Shown here one piece after another: positions 53,675 through 62,183 of a DNA stretch of 64,000 bases (position 1 is the first letter of the stretch; each line of letters starts with the position of its first letter). The DNA lies in assembly GCA_025558095.1 (NCBI GenBank), contig JAIVFI010000042.1:1-64000 (forward strand), in the 5' to 3' direction. Under the pieces are notes generated by a model, which was not told the origin of the DNA, ran no database searches, and saw nothing but the letters and a program-made list of their open reading frames with translations. The translations under genes were made by a program, and so were the position numbers. The stretch is from Hyaloraphidium curvatum SAG 235-1. Lineage: Eukaryota; Fungi; Monoblepharomycota.

Positions 53675-54319
53675 CTACGGCTCCCATGTGCCCTCCACGA
53701 TCGCCTTCAGCTTCTCGACCTGTTCCAAATTCCACGAGTTGAGTCGCCATCCCAGCGATTCCAGCATGGCGATCAGAGCAAGCATGTCCGAGGCCTCCTC
53801 CGCGGTCGGCGGTTCACCCACAACCCATTTGTCCACCCCGGGCAGGAGCATGGCCACTTGCTCCACCCGTACGGTCAGCAGAGGAGTTCCGCCACAGATC
53901 CGCCGCACCGTGTCGGCTTCGCGATGGGGGAGAGGCCACAGGCGGAGCTGCCGGATGGTCAGCTGCCGCAAAGTGTCGCCAGGGGTGCGGGCGGCCAGGA
54001 CATCCGCGTCGAGGCCCCCAACCTCGAGGCTCACGAGCGAGGGGAGCTCCGCAAGGGCCGACCAGGTGTCTCCGTCCGTGTGGTCCGGATCCGTCGGAGG
54101 CGGCCATGGGTCCAGGAGCGCGACGCGATCGAGGGCATGCGCCTGGGCGATTGCAGCCGACGGCAGGGCCGGACGTTCTGTTTCGGACGTTCTGTGCCGG
54201 AACCGGCGAGTGCAGCGGCGGACGGCTGGGTTTACTGCGTGCGGCGGCACCGCGTCGGCACATCTGCGCAGCAACCATAGCAGCGACGCGCAGCCACGGG
54301 TTCGAGTAGCGAGAGGCAT
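53675..54319 (-). pseudogene. LRR/F-box-like gene 3' fragment; its first ~75 codons are duplicated on + at 53067-53294
   Basis: WSALAELPSLVSLEVGG...TLRQLTI looks LRR-like; no evident N-terminus. Confidence 0.4.
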
Positions 54320-54947
54320 CTACCATCGAGTGGCGTGCCGCAGTCAGAGGCGGCGCTTACGAGGTGGGCGTTGACGTTTCTCCGTCATCGGGACGCGAGA
54401 GGCGAGGGACGTTCCGGAGGATCGCATTTCGAGCGAGGCGGTCTATTCGTATCCACGCGCAGCATAATCGTTGCCCCGAGGGGCTATCCACTCGTCGCTG
54501 CGTGTCATCCTTGCACAGGGAGCCATGCTAATCTTCTCTGTATCGTTTCCAATTTTGTATAGACAGAGCTCCCGAAGGAGATGTCAAGGAAATGTAGCAA
54601 AGGTTGCCACCTATATTGTAAGGGCTACCGGCGACAGCAGATTACGGGCGGGACGTCCGCGACGCCGTAGCTGCCCTCCGCACCTTCCTTCCCTCGGCCC
54701 ACGGACCCGCAACGGTCGCTTGTCTGCACCTGCTGGCCCTCGAAAGCGCTCACGGGACCCGAGCGGGCAGCATCCCCTGCGGTTCCCGCCGACCGCGCAC
54801 CGTCACCACCACCGCCCGTCTTCCCGCTGCAATGGATCCCCTCCTGAACGCGGACTACTCCCTCCCGTGCTCCTCCCGCCATCCCCACCCGTCCGCAACC
54901 TCCCCGTCGCCCTCGGTCGTCCGCTACCCGCTGGACCGCGTCGGGGA
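54092..54947. repeat. Right arm of the 856-bp inverted repeat
   Basis: See 52439-53294. Includes the U6 gene and the first 38 codons of the cupin gene. Confidence 0.95.
54464..54585 (-). ncRNA. U6: U6 spliceosomal snRNA, atypical copy 2 (identical to copy 1, convergent)
   Basis: Reverse complement of 52801-52922. Confidence 0.9.
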
Positions 54948-55680
54948 TGAGGTGGCGCGGGCGACCTCGCTGGTGCGCTACCTCCCCGGCGGCTCCTTCC
55001 CGCCCCACACCCACGGCGGCGGCGAGGAGTTCCTCGTCCTCGAGGGCGAGTTCGGCGACGAGCACGGGCTCTACCCGTCGGGAAGCTATGTTCGGAACCC
55101 CGTGGGCTCGCGGCACAACCCCCGCGTCGGCCCCTCGGGCTGCCTCATCCTCGTCAAGCTGCGGTGGATGCGCGGGGACGAGCCTTACGTTTCGTGGTCC
55201 GCGGACACCCGGGAGCTGAGGACCGAGTCGCCGTACCCGGCGGTGGGGGGCAGCTGGCCGCCCGTGGACCTGCCGCCCGGGACTCCCGAGGAGAAGGGGG
55301 CGACGACGGTGTACTACTCCCCGAAGTCGAAGAGCGGGACGGAGAGGGTGAGGATCGTGGAGCTGGGCACGGGGCCGGGGCAGGTGCGGGCGTTCGACGT
55401 GCCCAGGAAGGAGATCGACAGCGGTGGGCATTCCTTTCCGTTACCTGCTATCCGCAGCTTGCTGACACGACCTGCTGCTCGGCCCCCATGCCTGATAGGG
55501 GGCATCGAGATCCTCGTGCTCGACGGCTCGGTGTCGTTCGACGGCGAGGCGTGGGGACGGTGGGACTGGGTCCGGCGGCCCGCGACGAGCAAGGCGGGGC
55601 GGATCGCGCTGGCGTGGGAGGAGGACGCGAAGGTGTTTGTCAAGACGGGGTACCAGGAGGGTTGGACGGCCGAGGTGTGA
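54832..55680 (+). CDS. ChrR-like cupin (Cupin_7) protein; intron ~55423-55498
   Basis: LDRVGDEVARATSLVRY...FPPHTHGGGEEFLVLEG.F.DEHG.YP.GSYVRNP.GSRH.P...GCLILVKL; second cupin repeat GGIEILVLDGS...WVRRP...FVKTG. Confidence 0.85.
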   Translation: MDPLLNADYSLPCSSRHPHPSATSPSPSVVRYPLDRVGDEVARATSLVRYLPGGSFPPHTHGGGEEFLVLEGEFGDEHGLYPSGSYVRNPVGSRHNPRVGPSGCLILVKLRWMRGDEPYVSWSADTRELRTESPYPAVGGSWPPVDLPPGTPEEKGATTVYYSPKSKSGTERVRIVELGTGPGQVRAFDVPRKEIDSGGHSFPLPAIRSLLTRPAARPPCLIGGIEILVLDGSVSFDGEAWGRWDWVRRPATSKAGRIALAWEEDAKVFVKTGYQEGWTAEV

Positions 55681-56041
55681 TTGCCGGATGGTTCCTTGAG
55701 ACAGGCAGGGTCGGTAGTCGGTGCGAGCGGGTTCTTGGACACGGCATGGGTATCTTGATTGTTTGCTCCTCTTGCGCAATTCAGACGCCGTCGATCGCGG
55801 TCCAGGGCGGTGCTGGACGGTCGTGCGCAGGCCGCACGCCGAGTGGCCGGTCTTGCGTGTCCCGGCATCCAACCCAGCATCAGGGACCGCGCAAAGGCTC
55901 TGCATTCTCTACGATCCTTCCTGCCGAATATCCATCTCCAACTTCTGCTGGCGCTCGTCTCGAAAGGTTATTGAGCCTGATTTGTCTCCACCTCCGGTCG
56001 GCCTCAGCCACAGACCGAGCTCCCGCCGTCAGCAAAGCGCG

Positions 56042-57995
56042 ATGGCTCTCCGCGCGGCGGCCGCCGCCGCCTCGGCGCTCCTGGCCTTTGCGGCCCTCGC
56101 GCCCGCCGCCTCCGCCGCGGTGCCGCCGTCGTCCGCGCCCTTTGCGCCGCCCTTCCCCGTGTCCGATTTCTCGGCGACCGAATCGCTCTCGCCGACGATG
56201 CAGCTCTTCTGGAAGGTCGACGCCGCCGCGGGCACGATCACCGTCGGCGTCGCGTCGCTGCAGGCGCCCGGCTGGGCCGGCGTCGGCTTCTCGGACAACG
56301 GCGGCATGACCGGCGCGGACATCGTGACCGGCAGGCTGGCCGCGGCCTCGGGCGCGGCGATCTCGGCCGGGTCGACGCCGGGCTTCGTGGTCGAGGACCG
56401 CTACGCGACGACGTTCGCGGAGCCCAAGGTCGACAGCTCGCCGTCGGCCACCGCCCTGTTCGGCTTCCAGAACGCCACCATGACCGCCTTTGTCTTCCGC
56501 CGCCCGCTGACGGCCCGCTGCAACGGCGAAAGCACCTCCGTCTCGGCGACCCGCGCGCAATGGGTCATCTTCGCCCACGGGGAGTCGAATGAGTTGGCGT
56601 ACCACGGCGACAACCGCGGGCAGAAGCACATCTTCCTCCAGCAGCCCGTGCTCACCTTCCCGGACCTGCCCGCGGACGTGCTCAACGTGACCATCGCGAC
56701 GCCGCCGGTCGTGGTGCCCCGCAACAAGACCACCATGTGGGTTGCCGACGGCGTCGGACTGATGGCGAACACGATCCTGACTTCTTTGCCTGAAGGTACT
56801 GCTACTCGCTCCACCAGCTCCCCTCGGACCGCCCCTACCACGTCATCCGCGAGGAGCCCGTCATAACCTCCAAGCGCGCGCACCACATGATCCTCTACTC
56901 GTGCACCGCCGCCCAGGTCGAGACCGCCCGCTCGCGGCTCAACGGCTCCGACGTGGCGTGCAACTCGTACGGAGCGCAGAGGGAGCGCAAGTTTGCCAAC
57001 CCGTGCACGGCTTTCTTCACCGGTTGGGCTCTGGGGGGCAAGGAGGTGGTGCTGCCGGAGGGGGTCGGGAGGCCGATGGGGGGCGACAAGGGGCCGTCAT
57101 TCGTTCTTCTGGAGATGCATTTGGACAACGTCGCCGGGGAGCCTGGTGGGTGTCGATGCCGGCAACCAATCCGCGTTCCCGGCTCATTCCTCCCCGCTCC
57201 CGTTGCCAGACACCACCGACTCCTCCGGCATGCGCCTCAGCTACACCCCCAACCTCCGCGCGCAAGACATGGGCGTCCTCACCCTCGGCGTCTTCACCCA
57301 GCAGATCGTCATCCCTCCCCAGACCTCCAACTACACCATCCGCTCCATCTGCCCCTCGGACTGCACCTCCCAGCTCTCCCAGAAGAGCACCATCTTCGGC
57401 GCCGTCCTGCACATGCACACCGCCGGGCGCAGTATGCGCACCAGGATCATCCGCAACGGCACGGAGCTCGAGCCGCTGGCCCAAGCGCACTACGACAATG
57501 CGTACCAGGGTTACATCCTCTCGGACGGGAGGGAGGAGCTGAGACCAGGGGATACGGTGGTGACCGAGTGCACGTGGAACACCGTTGGGAGGAGCGAGAA
57601 CGTGACGGGCGGGGAGGAGACGAGCCAGGAGGTGGGTTGCCTCTCGCGCGCGGGATTCCCGCACTTCAGCTGACCCGCCCCCCCCCCCCCCCCCCGCGCT
57701 GCAGATGTGCTTCTCCTTCCTCAACGTGTTCCCGGCCCCTTCGATCGACGTGTGCATGACCACCGCGACCGACCCCAAGGTCGCCTTCTGCCCGCCCGCC
57801 GACGCGCAGGTGGACCAGGTCAACTTCCGCAACTTCCTGCGGCTGCAGACCATGCCGCAGGGCGTGCAGGAGTGGCCCGTGACGGGGAACCAGTGCGGGC
57901 CGGTGATAGTGTCGAGGCCGTCGGCGGCGGCGAGGTGGGGCGCCGGGTTGGTTGGAGCGGTGGGGGCCGCGGTGCTGGCCCTGGCGGTCTTGTGA
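56042..57995 (+). CDS. DBH-like copper type II monooxygenase (DOMON + Cu2_monooxygenase N/C), MOXD1-like; 3 introns
   Basis: Signal peptide; DOMON GWAGVGFSDNGGMTGADIV; HHMILY, LEMH, DSSGMR, LHMHTAG, GEETSQE|MC; hydrophobic C-terminal anchor. Confidence 0.88.
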
Positions 57996-58166
57996 GCGCG
58001 GGAAGGGTGTAAATTGTTGTTTATCGTAGCGATATCAGTGCAATCAGGAACATCTGCGGGCCGCCGAGCACAGGATCTCAACGACGCCCCCGGCCCGCTC
58101 ACCTCTCAACCGGTGCAGACCCTTCTTCCGGACTGCTTTCGAACTCTTGCGCTCCCCTCCGAAGCG

Positions 58167-59330
58167 ATGAAGCACCTCCCCGATCAGAATTCCATGCCCG
58201 CTCCTGCCTCGGAGAGGCCTGCCGAGGACGGGCGGCGCCTGCCCCCGGAGCTCCTCGGTCGCGTCGCGAAGCTCGGCTACTGCGAACCGGGCTTGGTCTC
58301 GATGGGCGCTGCCAAAGACAAAGACTCTTGGACCTGCCAGGACCTCGTGACGTTCATGCTCGCCTGCCGGGATTGCTACTACCTCGGCCTGCCGCTCCTG
58401 ATGAGGCACCTCGACCTCGGGTCGGCCGACGAGAACGACGATGTCGTCGTCTCGCAAGATCAGTGGCGCGCTTGCCTCGGCGACTGCGTCGGAGCGGACA
58501 AGTTTGCGCTGGTTCGATCCGTGCATTTCGTTTCCTTCGAGGACGACGGATCCGACTGCGCAGCACAGCTCTCGGTGCTGCGGCGGTGCATTCCGAACGT
58601 GGTCGACCTGAAATTTTCTGCTTACTTTACGCCCGAAGTTGCGGAGAGCTTTTGGTCGCTCTTCCAGGATGCGCGAAGTTTGGAGGAGGTCGAGATCACT
58701 GCCTTCGGCCCCTTCCACCGGCCGCTCGAGGCGGGTTTCAGGCTTCCGCGACACCTCCGCAGCTTCCGCATTTACTTTGACGAAACGTTACTGGACGACG
58801 TTGTTCCCTTTCTTGACGATCTCGGACGGCAGGCCCATTTGCTGGATGATTTCAAGCTCGGTGGACCTTTGTTGCCTGATATGGGGCTTGGGACTGCTTT
58901 GATTGCCAAAATGACGTCGGCATCGGTCTATTGCGACGATTTGGACTGGCTTTCATCGTTCCCGGGTTTGGCCATACGCGACCTGCGGATCGAGGAGGCG
59001 GAGGAGGTGACCGAGGACGCTTGGTCCGGGCCACCGCTGCACTCCGTCCGGAAGGTCACGATGCGACTTGCCAGGGCGTACGCGATCCAACCTGTGTTGG
59101 CTCATTTCCCTTCGCTCACGGAGATCACGATCTACGACGCCGTTCCTTGGTCCGAGGGAAACGCGGAGGATTTCGAGGTCATCGCGGCCAAGATTCGCCA
59201 ATCGAAGCTCGTGCAACTCCGAGCCCTGAACTGCGACAGAAAGAAATGGGAGGACTCGGATCGGGAGAGCGAAATGTGGCTTTCCCTTCCAAAGATCGAG
59301 TGGAAGTGGCGGGGCGAGCGGTGGCGCTAG
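58167..59330 (+). CDS. F-box-like/LRR-like protein
   Basis: RRLPPELLGRV...FMLACRDCYYLGLPLL N-terminus; LxxLxI repeats (SLEEVEI, HLRSFRI, SLTEITI). Confidence 0.6.
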   Translation: MKHLPDQNSMPAPASERPAEDGRRLPPELLGRVAKLGYCEPGLVSMGAAKDKDSWTCQDLVTFMLACRDCYYLGLPLLMRHLDLGSADENDDVVVSQDQWRACLGDCVGADKFALVRSVHFVSFEDDGSDCAAQLSVLRRCIPNVVDLKFSAYFTPEVAESFWSLFQDARSLEEVEITAFGPFHRPLEAGFRLPRHLRSFRIYFDETLLDDVVPFLDDLGRQAHLLDDFKLGGPLLPDMGLGTALIAKMTSASVYCDDLDWLSSFPGLAIRDLRIEEAEEVTEDAWSGPPLHSVRKVTMRLARAYAIQPVLAHFPSLTEITIYDAVPWSEGNAEDFEVIAAKIRQSKLVQLRALNCDRKKWEDSDRESEMWLSLPKIEWKWRGERWR

Positions 59331-59664
59331 CCGGGGAGAGCAGATAGAGATTCGTTGGTCGTGCTACGTTGTGTCTGTCGGCGCTCCTCGGTTAGCGTTT
59401 GGTCCCCGGGAGGCAGGCTTTTCAAATGGCCAGCTGTCCGACGCTTGGCCTCTCCTCCCTGCTCCTCCTCCGCAGCTTTCTTGCTCACGAGAAAAGAGCA
59501 GGCATTAAAAGTTGAAGCTGGCAATGGGACGTTGAAGTCGGATCGGAAGGACGCCGATGCTGAAGGTGAGATTTGGCTCTCTTTTCGGACAGCGTGGCAC
59601 TAGGTCAACAAAGACAGATAGTAGAGATTCATCAACTTCTGCAACAGGCCTGAAAGCGACCGCC

Positions 59665-61230
59665 TCACGCCCCGCAGTAGCTCTCCAGCACCACCCTGAC
59701 CCCCAGCCCCCTCAGCAGCCCGTACACCGTGAACCCGACTGTCAGCGAGGTCACCAGGAACGCCCTCGCGGTGCCGAAGCTCGCCTCGAACCCGAGGAAC
59801 TTGGCGGGATCGCCTGCCGTGGAAAACGTGCGTATGCGGTCCGCGTGGCACGCAAGCGCCGCGCGGATCGCCATCCGCTGCGGTGAGGGAGAGTGCAGGG
59901 CGTCGGATTCGGCGGCTGCGACGAGCAGCGCCTCGGCCCGAATGCGGGCCTGCAGTAGCAGCCCGCGCACGCTCGCGATGCGGGCGTTGGCGGCGGCGAG
60001 CGAGGTGATGTACACCATGTGGTAAACGATCCACCAGGCGATGTAGGCGATTTGCCACGCCGGGATGCAGGACCCGACGACGATGTTGGCGATCCCGCCA
60101 GCGATGCATCCGGCGAGGGAGAGCGTGATGATGCTGGATATAATGCGCCAGGCGCGGGTCTGTCGGTGCTGCGACCAGTCCGCGGCGAGATGCAAGTACA
60201 GCCGCGCGTAGGGTTCGGAGTCAAGCAGGTCTGAGGTCGACTTGCCGGGGTCGCCGTCGCCCTCGGCGGAGAACGTAGGTCCTTCTGCTGCGCCGCCCTT
60301 AGCCGCGTCCGCGTCCGCGTCCGTCACCGTTCCGCAAGCAACCAGCAGCCCCCTGTAGCGATCGAGAAGGGCCGTCAACGCCCTGCCCATGGCTCGGCGC
60401 TGAAGCCTTCGCGACAGCTCGACCACGGGGGGGTTTGGGTTGCGGAATAGCGCGCCGCATGTCGCGACCCACGCCGTGGCGCTGCCCGCGATCGCCAGGG
60501 CCCCCACGAGGGCCGACCACCAGGTGGAGAACCAGACTGCACCGTAGGTCACTATCGGGGTCCAGCACGAGAAGAGTGGGCATATGAGGACGAGAAGAGC
60601 GACTCGGATGCCGCTTTCGGCTAGGAAATATGCGGCGGCGCGCCCGGGCAGGGACCCAGCGCACGTTTGCGCGGGGCACGTGCAGTCGTCGTCGCCGGTG
60701 ACGTGGACGACGAGCGACGGCGGGTGCCGCGGGCCGCATCCGTCCGTTTCCAGCCGGCAGAGGTCAATCCAGCGGGAAACAGCGTGCAGCATGTGGTTCG
60801 ATGGGTCCGTCACGGCAGCCCAGCCGCGGAAGGTCAAGGCGGCGACTCCTAGAGTGACCAGGCCAAGCGAGGCGGCGAGGGCGGCGGTGCCCACGGCTAT
60901 TTGGGCCGCCGAGAAGGGCACATCGACGACGGCGGGTAGGGCGGCCATCGACGCGAGCGCGGCCACCGTCGAGACAATCGCCGGAAGCGGATAGAGCGGG
61001 CGGCTCCTCGGCCCGAGCGCCGCGAGAGCCACACGGGCGCAGAAACCCAGCAGCGGCGATGCCCGGGCGGCTGCGGCGGCCAGTGACGCGTTGGTCGGTC
61101 GCGTTGCCGCACGAAGCGCGCAAGCGCTTTCGGCCGCATCGTCGGGCGGCGCAGGCTCGCCCGGCCACGGTGGCGCGGGAGCAGAAACGGCCGGCAGCAC
61201 CGCAAGCAGCTCGGCGGCAGTCAGCGCCAT
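59665..61230 (-). CDS. 7-TM (GRL/7TMIC-like) membrane protein, intact and intronless, 521 aa
   Basis: Seven hydrophobic segments, no signal peptide, long loops after TM2, TM4 and TM6, and AKFLGFEASFGTARAFLVTSLTV before/in TM7. Three paralogues in this window. Confidence 0.8.
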   Translation of the reverse strand: MALTAAELLAVLPAVSAPAPPWPGEPAPPDDAAESACALRAATRPTNASLAAAAARASPLLGFCARVALAALGPRSRPLYPLPAIVSTVAALASMAALPAVVDVPFSAAQIAVGTAALAASLGLVTLGVAALTFRGWAAVTDPSNHMLHAVSRWIDLCRLETDGCGPRHPPSLVVHVTGDDDCTCPAQTCAGSLPGRAAAYFLAESGIRVALLVLICPLFSCWTPIVTYGAVWFSTWWSALVGALAIAGSATAWVATCGALFRNPNPPVVELSRRLQRRAMGRALTALLDRYRGLLVACGTVTDADADAAKGGAAEGPTFSAEGDGDPGKSTSDLLDSEPYARLYLHLAADWSQHRQTRAWRIISSIITLSLAGCIAGGIANIVVGSCIPAWQIAYIAWWIVYHMVYITSLAAANARIASVRGLLLQARIRAEALLVAAAESDALHSPSPQRMAIRAALACHADRIRTFSTAGDPAKFLGFEASFGTARAFLVTSLTVGFTVYGLLRGLGVRVVLESYCGA

Positions 61231-61322
61231 TCTGTCCACGGATCCGGGGTGAGCAAGCGGGGACGTTGAGCGATCTTTGCTCCTTCCAAACAGAAGGACG
61301 CGGTGCTCCTCACACGTCAAAT

Positions 61323-62092
61323 GGAGGCAGGCCCATTTGCTGGAGGAGTTCAAGATCGGAGCATCTTTGTCGCCCGATCTCGAAATCGGACCGGGCTTGG
61401 TGTCCAAAATGGCGTCTGCGTCAGTTTCGTGCGAACATGTGGACTGGATTTCTACAATTCCCGGGTTCGCCGCGCGCGAGCTTCGAATTGAAGACGGCGA
61501 GCAGGTGTCCGACGGCACTTGGTCTGAGCTGCCTCTACACTCGGTCCGGAGGATCACAATGTGGCGTGCGCACTCATTCGTGATCCACCCTCTTCTGGTC
61601 AAGTTCCCGTCGCTCACGAACATCGTGATAATCTCGCCTATTCCTTGGAGCGCGGGGGCCGCCGGGTATTTCGAGAAGATCGCGACCAAGATCCGCCAGT
61701 CGGGGCCTTCCCAAGATCGAGTGGAAGTGGAGCGATGAGCGGTGGCGTTAGCAAGGAGCGCAGATAGAGATTCTTTTCATCGTACTGTGTTGTCTCTCCG
61801 TGGTCTTGGCGTGGGTGCAAATGAAACTTTAGCTAGGTCTCTCTCCCGGGGCGGCAGGCTTTTCAGATGGCCATCTGTGCCCGCACCTCGCACCGCCTCC
61901 CTGCGTGGCCCCTTCCTCCTCCTATTTCCCACCAAGATCCTACAATCCAGGCTCACGCACGTCAGAGCCTTGTTCTGCGACAGAACTGCATGGGAGGGAT
62001 CGGATTCTGAACGCATTTTGTGGCTCTCTCTCCCCAAGATTGAGTGGTCGTGGTCTTGAGAACCGCCGTAGCAAGGAGCGCAGATAGAGATC
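61323..62092 (+). pseudogene. Diverged direct duplicate of the 3' part and downstream region of the F-box/LRR gene (58824-59630)
   Basis: RQAHLLEEFKIG...KMASASV vs RQAHLLDDFKLG...KMTSASV. Shared CAGATAGAGAT and GGCAGGCTTTTCARATGGCCA. Each copy ends with a further C-terminal remnant (IWLSF / LWLSLPKIEW). Confidence 0.8.
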
Positions 62093-62183
62093 TATCAAAT
62101 TCAGCAGGCTGCCTTTCTCGCAGTGCATAATACAAAATGCGGTTTCGGTTCGAGAGTCCAGTAACCCCGTGTCCAGGAGCCGC

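Noticed and set aside
57678-57695. Poly-C run
   Set aside because: An intronic homopolymer near the 3' splice site, with no evidence of function.
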